A DNA stretch of 64,000 nt from Psammoneis japonica (taxonomy: Eukaryota): contig QPGO01000087.1 in assembly GCA_008632985.1 (NCBI GenBank), forward strand, positions 62,001 to 126,000, in the 5' to 3' direction. Below the pieces are notes generated by a model, which made no database searches, was not told the origin of the DNA, and saw only the letters and a list, made by a program, of their open reading frames with translations. Positions 49,081 through 62,783 of the stretch are shown piece by piece. Position 1 is the stretch's first letter. Every line of letters begins with the position of its first letter. Position numbers and translations under genes: made by a program.

Positions 49081-52000
49081 TCAGTAAGAATTGTCCCGGG
49101 TTTGCCGCACTTCCGTGTAGATGCGAGTGCTAATGCACATGGCTTGCATCTCCTGGAAAAGCAGTTTGCAAGCATAAGGGATCTCAATCTGACAAATCTT
49201 GTACGGCCTACCCACGCACATGGGCGTGCGGCATTCATAAGTCATCTTTTTGAGATTCGACTGCGCCGTTAGTCCACAACGTTCACAAATATGAATTCGA
49301 TATTGATCTGAATTACAGAAGAAACGGTCGCGGATGAAGTTCGCACAACCATGTGTGATGAGACAATCACGTTCCATCTCTCCCATACGAAGACCTCCAT
49401 CACGAGAGCGACCCTCGAGAGGCTGGCGGGTCAACATCGCAACCGGTCCACGAGCTCGTGAGTGGACCTTGTCATCGACCTATAACGAAAGAAAACGTAA
49501 GACATCATCAATTTCAAATGCACAACCAAACCAACAAACGAGCTAGTCTTACCAAATGTTTTAGGCGCTGATAAAAGGTCGGACCGATGAACACTCTTGC
49601 ATTCAAGGGCCTTCCCGTATGTCCTTGATAGAGCGCCTCGTTTCCGTGACGTTGATAACCCATTGCATGCAAACGCATACTGATATCTTCCACAGTCACA
49701 TCAGTAAACGGTGTAGCATCACCCTCGCAACCCTGAAACACAACCACCTTACCCAAAAGACACTCAATCAACTGTGCGATTGTCATACGCGACGGGATGG
49801 CGTGGGGGTTGACAATAATGTCAGGAACAATACCCTCAGCTGTAAACGGCATGTCTTCCTGGCGATACGTCATTCCGATCGTACCCTTTTGCCCGTGCCT
49901 CGAGGCCTACATCAACAACAAGAGAACGGTTATGTCAAAACATTTGACAGAGAAACGAAAAAACAGCCAACAACGGCACTTACAAACTTATCTCCGACCT
50001 GCGGCACGCGAACATTTCGTATGCGAACCTTAGTGAACCGGTAGCCTTCTTTTGTTGTGCTGATGAGAACGTTATCCACAATCCCGTTCTCGTTCGCCTT
50101 CATTGAAGTACTGCAATCCCGTTTGGTGTACCTCGACGGCATTCCGGCCGTAGCATCCAGCGGGGCCGTTTTTCCAATCAACACATCATCTCCAGAAACA
50201 CGTGAGCCAGGTTGTACGAGTCCATCGTCGTCAAGCTTGCCGTATTCGCCGTGTTTCATTCCGCGTGTATTATCCATGGACGGCTTTTCAAACAACTCCG
50301 ATGAGAGCGATCCAACTGTACCCACCGTGCTTGCCTTTTCTTGGTCAATATAGCATCGGTAGTAGGAGGAACGGAACAATCCTCGATCAATAGCGGACTG
50401 ATTGAGAATAAGAGAATCCTCCTGGTTGTAGCCAGTGTAAATCATAATGGCCACAACGCAATTCACGCCACTGGGCAATTCACGAAAGTGAAGGAACTCC
50501 ATGGCACGAGTCGTACACAGAGGCTTTTGCGGATAATGCAAAACATGCGCCATGGTATCCATTCGCACTTGATAATTCGAAGCGTAGATTCCCATTGCCT
50601 GCTTCCCCATTGCACTCTGATAGGTATTACGAGGGGATTGGTTGTGATCTGGGAACGGAATAATCGATGCGCAAACGCCCAGAATCATGGAAGGGTGGAT
50701 TTCACAATGAGTATAGGTTGATGAATAGGAGTCCTCCGATTCGAGATCCTTTGGTTCCATAGCAATCATGGTTGTTTCCTCTTCTTCGGTGTCAATGTAC
50801 TCCACGAGTCCCTCCATCAATAGATCGGACCACGTGAGTCGCTGCTGCTCGTGAGCATCACCCTCCGAAAAGATACCCTGAAGCTGAGAAATGTGATGCT
50901 TCTTGATTGCCAACTTTTGGTCTTGTACAATAAACAAGGGTCGACAGATACGACCAGCGTCCGTGTAGATTCGCACTTCCTGCGCTGCAATGTCTCGGAC
51001 AATACTAACTTCTGCATCAATATCCACCATACGACGAAGAGACCGGAAGGTATCCACCAGGGCTTTTGGGTCACGATGAATACCGACCCAATTTCCATTG
51101 ACAAATACTTTGCACGTCGATGGTTCGGCAATAACAGACGGCAAAATGTCGGTAAGATTCTCCGTACTAAACTCCTCCAGAAACTCCATGACTGGCACCT
51201 GCGCTGTTCCAGTCGTAATGTATGCCATGAGCGCCAGATTCTTCACCAAGCCCACAGCTTGACCTTCTGGTGTTTCTGCGGGACACACCATTCCCCAATG
51301 TGTGTTGTGCAACTGTCGCGGCTTTGCTTGCTTTCCGGTTCGCGCAAGAGGCGTGTTGCAGCGTCTCAAATGCGACAATGAGGACGCATACGTGAGTCGA
51401 TTGAGCACTTGAGATACACCAGCCTTTGATGCGGCCCCCTTGTCACCCCCTGATATTCGACAGGAATATCGAGAGCATAGATGAGCGAGAGAACAAACAC
51501 GAGGCAACACGAGGCACACCCCGTTATACTTACAGTTACCAGTGGCAAGACTATATTTGAGTCCGTCCGTAATGTGGTTACTCTTGATTGCTGTGCCGAT
51601 ATTAAAATGCTTGCCCTCGTCCAAACACCGTTGCAGGTGCCTGCGAACGTCCTTGGTTAGCTTACGAAACAACAGTCGAAAGAGACCACCCAACAGTGGA
51701 CCCGCTAAATCTAAACGCTTCTTTCCAAAATGATCACGATCATCCTCTTCGGACCTCCCTAGCTTGCACATGAGTAGCTTGTGAACGGCATACCCCAGGA
51801 AGAATCCCTTTTTTGTTTCACAGTGCTCTTCCGTTCCAACATGAGGTAAGACTTCCTTTTGAAGAATCCCCGATGCGTATCGGATACGGTCGTCCTTGGT
51901 CACGTCTCGCGCGCTGCCTCGTCTTCCGATAAAATCCAAAGCAACATCCTGTCGTTGAATGACAAACGCTTCCTCCAGACTTGGTCGGAACAAATCCATC

Positions 52001-53076
52001 ATCTCCCCATCGGTCAAATCGTAAACCACGTGCTCGATAATGTCCCGATCCGCCACGTAACCCAGCGCACGAAAGATAATCACGACTGGAATGTCCGTTC
52101 TGATATAGGGCAGGGTGGCACGAATTTGATTTCCTTCAATCGCGCCCCTTCCTCCCTTATCGTACATTTGAATATACAAGGTGCTCACGGGTCTCGTTGA
52201 ATTCTCCACTTGACTCCTCGTTTCAATTACCCACGAGAATTTGCTCGGTTGTTTCTTTTGAAAGGCATATACATGGTTGTTGCTGAGTCGCTCTTGTGCA
52301 ATAATCACTTTCTCACTCCCATTAATCACAAAGTACCCGCCCTGATCGTAAATACACTCTCCCAAATCACTCAAATCTGCATCGTCCTTATCTCCCAGAA
52401 CACAAAACAAACTCCGCAACATGATTGGCACATAGCCCAAAAATTCCTTCCGGGCATGATCCGTAGAAACGGGTTGTCCCATCTCGGCCGCCGGGTCACC
52501 AACATTGAGCTCGTGCGGCACTTGATACTGATTCATGGTCACATCCACATAGAGCGGTGCCGAGTAAGTTAAATTCCGCAACCGCGCTTCGTGCGGAAAC
52601 ATATTCGTCACGGTGCCATCCTTCTCTACCGTGGTGGGTTTCGACAGATAGACTTGCCCGAATTGAATCTCAAACACGCGCTTGGTCAGACTGGCCGCAG
52701 CGTGATCAAACGCGTCTTCGTCATAGCCCACCATGTGTTGCATTTCCGGAGTCACTCGGATATCACCAGAGTCGTCCACCAATTCTTGCATTGTGTTTTG
52801 AATGAATTCATCAAACGAATCGAGTTGTTGCCGTACCAAACCCTTTTCTTCAAAATACGAACTAAAAACAAGAAACAAAGAAGTGAGAACATTTGCACGT
52901 AGATTTCTCGTAGAAACCAGTAGTAGCACGGACCTAATGACGGCCCAAGCATCTTCTTGGGTCACCGGAACATCATCCCCCTCGATTCCATTGTATTGAC
53001 CGTTTTCAACACCCTCTTGCGAATAATCTGTTTGTGAGGGTTGCTCCTCGTACTCGTAGTCCATGGTGTTTGACAT
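49081..53076 (-). CDS. RPB2: RNA polymerase II second-largest subunit; four short introns
   Basis: [91 protein letters not shown]. Confidence 0.97.
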
Positions 53077-53329
53077 TATGGTGGTGTTGACTACAGTGAT
53101 TGCTGTCGCAACAAACAACAACTGTGTGCGTTTGGACGGAGGAAAGCGACGAGAAAGATCGGACGGCCGGGCGAGAGAGGACATACAGACTGACTGCTGC
53201 TGCGGAGGTGTGAGCACCGCATGACAGATGTGAGAAAATGCCCCACGACCGAGATGGCTGAGAAATGTGGACAAAGAGAACGAAGATGCGACAATCAATG
53301 CGTTCTACAATCATTGAGAGAGTGTTTAT

Positions 53330-54450
53330 GTAGTCTGCTCATCTGTTGGTGACAGTGGCGGTTGTTGCTGAACACAAAATTGTGCACAGCACATGCGGGC
53401 TGGCGCCGCACCCGGCACACAACAGCAGCTGTCTCTTTGTCCTTGTCCTCTCTGCAGCAGGCCCTGTCTGAGAATGACCAGTGTCAAATGGGAGGTCATC
53501 ATGTTCATCTCATGCCTGTTGTCATCAAACTGGCAGAGCCACCACCGTCATCTGCCACGGCTGCAGCAGAGCTGCAGGCATGCTGCCCGTCATGAGTCAA
53601 AGGAAAGGTTGAGCATGCCTTTCTTACAATGCCATCACAACATGTGAGTGTGTCAGCATGGTGGCAGCAGCACACAGACAGGTGACTCTCCCCACTCTTT
53701 TTGTTCATCAGATCATCCAAGCTTTGAAAGTGCATGGTTGTTTTCTGAATCACCAGGTGCAATGGTCTGAAAGAGTGGCTGGCAACCCAGGTGCAAGATG
53801 CGCCCATGGTGCAAGCAAGAAGACTGGCACTGGTTGGCATGTTTGGGCAGGGGTCCTGCACCTTTTCTTGTGGTTGCACTGGGGCATCATCCCAAGTTGG
53901 AAGTGGTGCCAACAAACAATGTTCTGTGATTGTGTGCTCAGCCCCAGCTCCTGCAAACACACTTCTCATCAAGACTTCACAGTGCACACATGGCAGCAAA
54001 AGAGAGATGGTTTGTGGCTGTGGAAAGACAAGGATTGGCAGAGTCTGTGAGGCTGGTGGGAGGACTGACATGTCTAAGCCCAACCTGCAGAAGACTCCAG
54101 TGACATCACACTCAGAATGCAGTGTCACTGCTTTGCCCAAGCCAGCACAACAAGTGTCTCCTTGCCTCCACAGAGCCAGAATCCACAGGAACTCAACCAC
54201 ACAGCATCACCTTCTGTCAAACTCTTGACCCAGGGGATTGGTGGTTCAAAGCTCCCAAGAAAGCCTCTGCTGATTGCCTTCTCAACACTCAACAACATGC
54301 CAAAAGTTTGCAGCAAGCAAGGAAGCCCTGCAACTGAGGAGGAAGCTGCAAAGCTGTGCAACACCTGCAAGACCAAGCCAATGGCAGATGTGGAGTGGCC
54401 TGTGCAGCTTCATCACAATTTTGTTCTTTGAAGCTTGATTTCAAAGTGGC
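53330..54450. repeat. CpG- and TpA-depleted degenerate block E
   Basis: Same signature, lying between RPB2 and the TatD-family gene. Confidence 0.7.
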
Positions 54451-54714
54451 AAAACAACATGCAAATGTCTTGCGCGTTTGAGTTCAATTGTGGATGCGGT
54501 GCTTCAATCAGCGGACAACAACAACGATCGAATTGTCACTTTGGCGCTGCAGCACTTGCTCACCCGCGCATTGAACGCATCACGAAGAAAGTCGCTCTTG
54601 TCTCTAAGCGAGTGAGCGCGGCATCAAAAGAACGAAAATCACAGAGGCAACTGTAAAAACCACAGAAAGCACTGTTTCATTTTTTGAGTGTTATATTATG
54701 CCTGTGTCACTCCG

Positions 54715-55557
54715 TCAGGGCTCATTTGGTGGCAAGCCAAAGAATCGCATTGCATTCCGGGTCGTGGCCGTGCAAACTTCCTCCGGTGTTTCACCGCGCA
54801 ACTCCGCAATCTTTCGTGCTACTCCAGCAACATGAGATGGTTCGCTATTCCTCTTTCCTTTGTGAAATCCCATGAACGGAGCATCGGTCTCAATCATGAT
54901 TCGATCCAGCGGTAGCTCCGCTAAAAAGGCCCGGACGTCACGCCCTCGCTCAAGCTTGCAAATAAACCCCGTAAACCCAAGATAATAGCCGCGATTGATA
55001 TAGGTCAATGCCTCCTCACGAGTCCCGGTAAAGCAGTGAACCACCACTGGCGGTAAATCCTCACCAAATTCGTTCAAAACACAGACGAGGTCCGCGTGCG
55101 CCTCTCGTTCATGCAGAAAAAGCGGTAACTTGAGCTCACAAGCCAACTTGACTTGGGCACGGAATGCTAAAAGCTGCTCTTCCTTTGTGCTAAAGTTTCG
55201 GTTAAAGTCCAGTCCACATTCTCCCACCGCCACGGCGAGCGGGTTGATCGTCAGCAGTTGGCGCATCTCGTCGATTGTTTTCGTTTCGTCAAAGCGTTTT
55301 GCATCATGCGGATGGACACCAACTGTGCAATACAGATTTGCTTTTAAATTCTCCTTGCGCCAGGTTTCCGCTAACGCGAGGCTCTGCTTTGATTTTTGAA
55401 TGGAAGTACCCGTCAGCAACATGGTATCCACATTCGCAGCAACGGCGCGGTTCACGACGTCGCGCCAATGTTTCTTAAAGGTGCCGTGCGTCAGATTGAT
55501 CCCAATGTCGATACATTGCGCCTTAATTATATCGTTTTGATCCGTTACTGTAGCCAT
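54715..55557 (-). CDS. TatD-family DNase
   Basis: IDIGINL, TVGVHPH, AVGECGLDFNR, PLFLHEREAH, VVHCFTG, IETDAPF. Confidence 0.92.
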   Translation of the reverse strand: MATVTDQNDIIKAQCIDIGINLTHGTFKKHWRDVVNRAVAANVDTMLLTGTSIQKSKQSLALAETWRKENLKANLYCTVGVHPHDAKRFDETKTIDEMRQLLTINPLAVAVGECGLDFNRNFSTKEEQLLAFRAQVKLACELKLPLFLHEREAHADLVCVLNEFGEDLPPVVVHCFTGTREEALTYINRGYYLGFTGFICKLERGRDVRAFLAELPLDRIMIETDAPFMGFHKGKRNSEPSHVAGVARKIAELRGETPEEVCTATTRNAMRFFGLPPNEP

Positions 55558-56297
55558 GTTGATTTGCTGTATCGTTTTTGGTTGTCGTATTGGAATGTGT
55601 TGTGACGAATGATAAGAACGGACCGAAAACGGCAGGTCGACACGATGTTGCATTCGTCCAGACCCGCTTTGAAATTGATGTTCCAAGAGGGTATGCGTCT
55701 GAACAAAAGATCCCGCTTGACGCGTGACTGAGGTTGCACCATACACAACAACAATCTCGTTCACACAAAAATCCTTTCACTGAGAAATGAGAAATCGCAT
55801 CCAACAAATCCCAGCTGGTCAGCAAGATTGAATAGCAGCAGCGAAGGATTCTTGGGACCACAATTCACACTTTTCAGATTTCAGTCTCTCTAAAAGTCTC
55901 TTTAATGCTTCGTTCTTTTCCTTTCATCAATCTCTCTAGTCTCTAGTGCTATTCGATTGATACCGTAGCTCATCGCTGGCGTCGATGATGTTGGATGCGA
56001 GAACGAAGAACGACCAATATATCCAAAATTTGTGTTTTTCTATTCATCTCAGATCCTCTTATTTTTCTTCCACCTTTTCCTTATTAATTTCTATCCTTTT
56101 CTTTATTCGTTCTCCCGCTTTTCTCTTTTGTACCGCATTGCGCGCGCAAAATATTAATGCTGACACGAATCACTCGACTCGATTCATCGACGCACCATGA
56201 CATCGTCGTCAAATCACTGAAGACCTCAAGACATCAGAAGTTGCGATGTTGTTGGGTTAGACATCAGCACTTGATCATCAACCGAAATTATTCATTG

Positions 56298-57293
56298 ATG
56301 ATTTCTGTTCGCTCTTTCTTGATACGGCACTCTGTTTTTTCTCAACGGCAACGACGTGTTGTTGGCTGTTTTTCAACAGATGCTCCGTCTTCGTTTCCAT
56401 GGCGCCACTCGGACGCGCCGTTGGATCGAGTTGTAAACCAGGATGACCTGAGTGGCTTTCCCAATACTCGCAGGGGACGTTATATTCGAACCAGTCTGGC
56501 GGCTCGAGAGCTAGGCTTTGGTGTTTTTAGTATCTTCATAACATCGGGTTGGAAAGAATCCTTAGCAAAAGACTTTGCGTATGCCTTTCAAAAAGGAGTT
56601 GCGGGGCTCTTGTCGAAAACCTTTCAAGGTGAGCGAATAGGATACTTGAAATGTGTATTCGGTCTCATCGTCCACACTCTATTAATCTTGACATTCTTGA
56701 TCGGTTCAGTATCTCTGGAGGACATTGATAAGGAAGATGATGGTGTTAATTTTTCTTTGCCGGCATCCAAAGATAGCAAATCTACTTGGGACACAGAACT
56801 TGAAGAAGAAACGGATAATTACGTAAAGGACATGCTCGATCAAGAATTGATTGACTTGTACAAGAACGTTGATCCCACCTTGTCGCTCTGTCTCAGACTA
56901 AAACCCATTGGGTATCGATTCGAAAACGCCTTTGTGGTCCCCATGTTGACTAGAGAGATGGTTCGCAAGGATCCGTCTCTTAAGGGTCAGTACCAAGCCA
57001 TTGAGCAAGAGTATCTGAAATCCCAAGACATGGCCAAGGTGCGAGAAATGGGACAGGAACTGTTGAAAAAGACAAAGTTTAGTGGTATGCGGAGCGTGAT
57101 TTGTGATGTATCGATTGATTGTATGGAAACGTTTGGTGAAAAGAACCAAGACGAAGGAGAAGAGAAGTTGGTGACGCATGTGGTTCGTTTTGAAACTGTG
57201 CGTGCCCGACAAGAAAGTAATCCAGACAAGCAGTTGGGAAACTGGAAGATTGTTGATTGGGATGATTTGTTAGGTGGTAATATATGGTACTGA
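56298..57293 (+). CDS. Hypothetical protein, possibly mitochondrial and Tim44-like; one intron near 56629-56709
   Basis: Arg/Ser-rich presequence-like N-terminus. C-terminal THVVRFE...WKIVDWDD. Confidence 0.55.
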   Translation: MISVRSFLIRHSVFSQRQRRVVGCFSTDAPSSFPWRHSDAPLDRVVNQDDLSGFPNTRRGRYIRTSLAARELGFGVFSIFITSGWKESLAKDFAYAFQKGVAGLLSKTFQGERIGYLKCVFGLIVHTLLILTFLIGSVSLEDIDKEDDGVNFSLPASKDSKSTWDTELEEETDNYVKDMLDQELIDLYKNVDPTLSLCLRLKPIGYRFENAFVVPMLTREMVRKDPSLKGQYQAIEQEYLKSQDMAKVREMGQELLKKTKFSGMRSVICDVSIDCMETFGEKNQDEGEEKLVTHVVRFETVRARQESNPDKQLGNWKIVDWDDLLGGNIWY

Positions 57294-57469
57294 GAACATG
57301 AAACGAATGATTTCAACATGCAAGAAGTTTCTTCTCAGAATCTGAAAGAAACACTTCTGGTACGAAAAGGTGCGCTGCCGCAATGCTCTAGTCAAATTCT
57401 GTGAATCTGAAACTAGTTGGATAATTCCTAAATGCTACAATGGGATCTTCTAGTATCTTGTTTTTTCTC

Positions 57470-60400
57470 AACAAGGTGCCAAGACGTGCTCTGCTGTGGG
57501 TGGTTCAGTGTCCTTCAGCACAGGCTAGCTGAGACATCATCATCTGCACATCATGATGGAGAAGATCAAGTTACAAACAAAGGGAAACTGAAAGGAGAAT
57601 GGTCCAAGGGGCACAAGCTCTCACAGTGTGTGTGTTTTTCTTTCACAACCTGGGGCCCACAGAGTGCAGGAATCACAAACATGGCCAATCCCGTTGTGTG
57701 CAGATGATCTTGTGCTGTTGATGGGGTCCATGATGGAAAGCCCTGGTTGTCTCAAGACTGCCCCTTTTTCACCTGTGGCTGACTCTCTGTGCTGGGATGG
57801 TGGTGGTTGATGATGAGAATCATCAAAGGTTTCTTTTGCTCAAACACCTCTGCCATTTCTTGCACCATCCACACTCCTGCTGTGCAGCAAGGACAATTTC
57901 CCAATGCTCACAAAGATGCCTCAAAATGCACAGTTGGGTCTCCAACATCTGCAAGGGAAAAAGCACATGCACTTGCTGTCAGCCTCAAAGAATTGTTTCT
58001 TTGATGACATCACCACCACTTGGCAAACTGCACAGAGTGCGCGGTGCTTTTGATTTGTCATCCCCACTCATGAAAACTGCTGGAAAAACCAATTTTTGTG
58101 CTGTGGGTGCACACCAAATGCATGTTCTTTGAACCTTGTGCAGCGCCATTGCAGCAAGAGATGTTTTGTGCAAAATTGCTCACACACACCATTGCCTGTC
58201 ACATGAAATGCTTGACTGAGTCAGTTTTGGCTCTTGCTGTGATGATGACCCATGCGAGAATTGCCCAAACAAGGTCTTCCACAAGATGCCGGCATGTGCG
58301 CACACAGCACACACCACTGTGAAGCTGGAAAAATTCTCAGCAACAAAAAAGCAACCCCCTCCCAGAGGCCAGAGGGCTAGAAAGAAAAGAAAGCAAAAGA
58401 GAGGCATGCTGCTGCCATGGGACACAGACCAGTGTGAGTGCTGTCTGCCTGCTCTTTTCTTTCATGTTACCATGCTCACAAGATGAGTGGGCTGTGCAAC
58501 ACACATTGCAAGAGGAGCATCATTGTCCCAACAGAGAGCTGTTTGCAATGAATTTTTTCTTCTGCCCCTGTGGCACTTGAGAGCTGCATGGCTGCTCAGA
58601 TGATCATTGTCCATCCAGGCAGTTGGGCCATGACCAAGCACTGCATCCATGCTCATGTGAAGACATTTGTGAGCAAGGATGACACTCCTCTGATGTGGCT
58701 GCACCATGCCCACATTGCAATGCCCCCCCCCCCCCCCCCCCCTTTGCACATGGCTTGCCAGATGCAGTCTCTGGGTGGAGCACGAGGGTGGGTGTGATGG
58801 CGCCCATGATGAAAATGCCCTGTTTAATGCAGCACCAAGAGAGGTCTGTTTTGCATGTCACCTTGATTTGCAAAGGAAAAGCGCAACACTCAACAGCTGG
58901 TCTTGGTTGAGCCACAAACTGCAGAGTCAAGTCATGCCAGAAGAGGGCCAAGCAGTCTCACAATTTTTGGAGTGGAGCTCAGCACCCCAGTCATTTTTCT
59001 TTGCACTGAATCTCTTCATTAAGAAGGCATCATGATGGAGTGTGCAGAGACTTGAAATGTGGGCAGGGGGGGAGGAGCAAGGACTTGCTTGGCTGGCTTT
59101 GTGCACAGTGGGCAGCCAAGCCATGCTGTTGGGTGCTGCAGGCTACAATGGCCAAACTGCACCCAACTGGCACCCACCCCTTTCCATTTTGGAAGTCATG
59201 GGGCAAGACTTCCCTCAGCCTCATGGTTGCCATGAGGGAGTTTTTTGCAGGATGAGGAGACAACACTCTTTTGAAAATGGCTGGGTCTTGTGTGCAGTGC
59301 ATGCAGGCACAGCAAAATTGTTGAACTGCAAACCTCAGGCAAACGAACATGTGAACTTGCCAACCAACCATCAACACACAAGATCTGGCAAACACCACAC
59401 AATGATCAGTGCATGCAAGAACACAGTGTGCACACAGCACCTGCTGCGCATGTGCAACCAAGTGCTTCAAAAAGAAAATCAGCACACTTTTCCAATTTCC
59501 AGCACCTTGAAAAATTTGCATTTCCAGGCTGCTGCCTGCACTTGGCACCTCAGGTCTCAGCACTTTGAAGGAAACCTCTCCAGCTGTCTTCATCTGTTGT
59601 TCTTTTCAGCATGCGGTGATTGTGCATGAGCTCCTGTGGCATTGACAGAGCATCACACACATGGCTGTGATCTTCTCACAACAACATGCTTTTGCCTGTG
59701 TCACCCTGCTCTTGTTGCTGTTGTTGCCAGATGCAAATGATGATGTGCCAGCAAGCATGACCCTGTTGTCATTGTTGCTGCTGCTGCTGCACTTGTGATT
59801 TTGTTCTCACCTGATTGTGCTGCTGCCTCTTGGCACCTCTGTGTGATGGTGCCACCAATCTTCAAGAAGTGCTCAGCCGCAAAAGATGATGTCTCCTGTT
59901 GACAGCAACTGGGGTGTGTTGTTTCATGTTTGGTCAGAGTTGCTTCTGTTTGATGACAACAATCTCACACTTCTGCATTTTGTCCATCTCTTGTCATCCT
60001 TTGTTGCACTGCTGCCACAAGATTTGCTCTCATGCAGGTGGTGCTGCTGCTCAACCCGTGCCACACATGATTTGGGGGGGGGGGGGGAGTGCGCAAGCAG
60101 CATTGCCTCATCTCTGCTGCACAAAGTTGCCTCCTCCAATGCTGCTGTCAAGGCCTCACCATTTGGGAATGCTCTGTCCAGGATGCCCCACATGAGACTT
60201 TTCCTCTTGCTCTTTAAAAAGGCAGCAGATGATGACTGCAAGCACTGATGAGAACAAAGTTGTTGGCTTGGAAGTGGAAAATTTGGTCGACGAGTTGACA
60301 CAGTTGGAGGAGGCTTGACTCTGGTTGTGTTTTGTTTGTTTGTAGCAGCAAGAACTGCATCAGTTTGGACAAAGCATTTTGACTGTGGCGCGCCACAGTT

Positions 60401-60960
60401 TCGGCTGTTTCTGCAAAATGGTCTGAATGAGGGTTGAAATCAAAAGAGGCTGCAGGCAGTTGAAAGAATGAAAGAAGCAGGTGCCACTGACATTGCAACC
60501 AGCGCACTTTTTTTCTCTTCAATTTTTCTGTGCTCACAAGATGAGTGGGCAGTGTGGCTCAGGCTGCAGCAGGAGCAGAGGGGGGGGGCACAGTCTCGGA
60601 GCTGCCAGTGCCGCCGCTTTAAGAGACCTTTCTTGTGTGCCGCTGTTGTCTGCCCACTTTTTTCTCTCCCATTGCTCTGTGCCCAGCTGCAAAATGAGCA
60701 GGCAAAGCAGCTCATGTTGCGCCATGGGCAGAGGGGCACCACAGTCACAGAGAGCCACCAGAAGCGGCTGCCCCGAGAGATCTTTCTCTTGCACCCCTGG
60801 CAGCACACACTTGAGACTTGAGATGGCGCGGTTTTGCACAGCTGGTTTTTTGCACACAGTGGACTGTGCCGTGCTGCTGGGTGCAGCCCACAATGGCCAA
60901 CCCCCACGTCCAGTGGCACCACCATGGTGGCTGGGCCAGTGGCCGCGGGACGAGAGAAAA
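57470..60960. repeat. CpG- and TpA-depleted degenerate block F with a diverged internal direct repeat
   Basis: Same signature. Segments within about 58470-59330 resemble 60530-61015 (gctcacaagatgagtgggc; tgggtcttgtgtgc). Poly-C and poly-G runs present. Confidence 0.75.
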
Positions 60961-61388
60961 GACGACTCAAAAACGGTTGGGTCTTGTGTGCGCGCGCAGG
61001 CGTGTCAGAATTGTTACATTATTTGAAACTTTCAACAACGGATGTCTGCTATCACCAGCTAACTGCCAACAGACAAGAATCGGCGAATCATATGCATACA
61101 AAATGTACAATGCGCGTGAATCTAAGATCTACATGCGTAGAGAATTAATACCATTGCCTTCCGTATCGTAAACACGACCAACTCATCTCGCTCTCACATC
61201 TTTTTCTTCGAGAGCGCTCGGTAGGACTACTCGCTACTACTCGCGTTGATAGTTGATACTCTCTATGCATACAGCAGGCTCTAGCTAGTTGGAGTGGATG
61301 GGAATGGATGGCAATACGACGGAGTTGTTGCCACCCTTGACTTTGCCGCTTGCCATACATCCTATTGAAACACCTTCCTACATGTACG

Positions 61389-62699
61389 ATGATCGACAGA
61401 GACGAGGAGGTGAAAACGACTCTAGCAGAAAAACCAGATGGTCCATCAGAACAAGAAGTTGTTGTGCAAGTGACAATTGTTGCACGACGCCCACGAGCCA
61501 TTGTCGTCTTGTTGGGATGGATTGAAGGCGAGCAAGAGCAGCTTAGTAACTGTACTCATCTCTATCACAAACTTGATTGCTGTACAGTTGTGGTGCCAAG
61601 TCAACAAGAACAAAAAGTACCGCTTGCTACCGTTGCATGCCGTGAAGTGGCTCGTCTTGTACGGATGTCCGAAATGAGTGAAATGGGGTTCGGCACCGTT
61701 CCGTTATTGCTTCACGTGTGTGGTAACAGTGGAGCCGTTTTGCTGGAACAAGTCGAGCTGCTCATCAAGGATTGGGTGTCGCAACGAGACTTGGAGGATG
61801 TACGGCATCAAACACGGGTCTCGCCTTGCCCCGTGCCACTGCGCACCTTGAAACCCATGGGCAGTCTCAAGAGCATCCCATCCATGACAAGCACTGTCAA
61901 TGACGAATCTGACGGAGAAGACGCCGTTGACGAATCTCCGATTGCCAAGGACCCCATGTGGACACCACTGAATCATATGAGATCCAGCTTATCCGTGATG
62001 ACACCGAAGCGACTGCCATTTGATCCGTGCAGAACTCAGCAACCTCAGCCACAGCAACAGAAATTGAGCTCTACTTGTGATCACATTAAAGTACAGCGAA
62101 TCGACATAGAACGACCAGCCGCCGTTTCGCCCTTATCTCTTACGCCAAGGTACAACATGGAGCCCAGGGCCATTCGCGGGGATTTTTCACTGATTGCATC
62201 AAGGCTATTTGCAGGATGCATTCTATTGGATTCAGTTCCTCTAAACAACGATTTGATCGAGAACCCACTCAAGCGTCTTTTTGCCAAGAGCGCCACGCTG
62301 TTTTCAAGACGACAAGTGCAAAGCGCGGACGAGCGACGCGGCCGTAGTGACCAACTCTGGAATGTTGCGGAGGAAACCAGTCTTTCGAAACGACTTGTCC
62401 ATATCAACAACAGTGTCTACTCCTCGCTGAGGTTCAGAAAAGCTTTGTCGTTGCAACGAGAAAAGGGGACGCTCGTGACGGAATGTGTCGTCAGGGAAAC
62501 ACGGCCTGTCAAGAGACTTGCGGCATACTCCAACGTGTTGGAGGATATTTTTGAGACTCAAGTCAAAAAGTTGCCATCACCAGACGATGACGAAAAGGAT
62601 GACTGGAGCTCGGATGATGAGGAGAGTTGCGTCGGCATCGAGGAGGAAACGTGGTATGACGCCGTCGAAGAAGCTTCGCGCTTGAAGCTTTCCGGATAG
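61389..62699 (+). CDS. Hypothetical protein, possibly DUF829/TMEM53-like alpha/beta hydrolase fold
   Basis: Long ORF with AIVVLLGW, LLHVCGNSG and ILLDSVP, resembling DUF829 motifs. Confidence 0.5.
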   Translation: MIDRDEEVKTTLAEKPDGPSEQEVVVQVTIVARRPRAIVVLLGWIEGEQEQLSNCTHLYHKLDCCTVVVPSQQEQKVPLATVACREVARLVRMSEMSEMGFGTVPLLLHVCGNSGAVLLEQVELLIKDWVSQRDLEDVRHQTRVSPCPVPLRTLKPMGSLKSIPSMTSTVNDESDGEDAVDESPIAKDPMWTPLNHMRSSLSVMTPKRLPFDPCRTQQPQPQQQKLSSTCDHIKVQRIDIERPAAVSPLSLTPRYNMEPRAIRGDFSLIASRLFAGCILLDSVPLNNDLIENPLKRLFAKSATLFSRRQVQSADERRGRSDQLWNVAEETSLSKRLVHINNSVYSSLRFRKALSLQREKGTLVTECVVRETRPVKRLAAYSNVLEDIFETQVKKLPSPDDDEKDDWSSDDEESCVGIEEETWYDAVEEASRLKLSG

Positions 62700-62783
62700 T
62701 CTACCTACACATAGCCAAATTATACAGTACATTCACAAGTGACGACCACTGTGAACTAAAACAACCATTTTTAAGTTATTTTC

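Noticed and set aside
54715..55557. TatD nuclease as the enzyme behind the hypermutation
   Set aside because: TatD is a ubiquitous family and adjacency to a mutated block is shared by most genes in this window.
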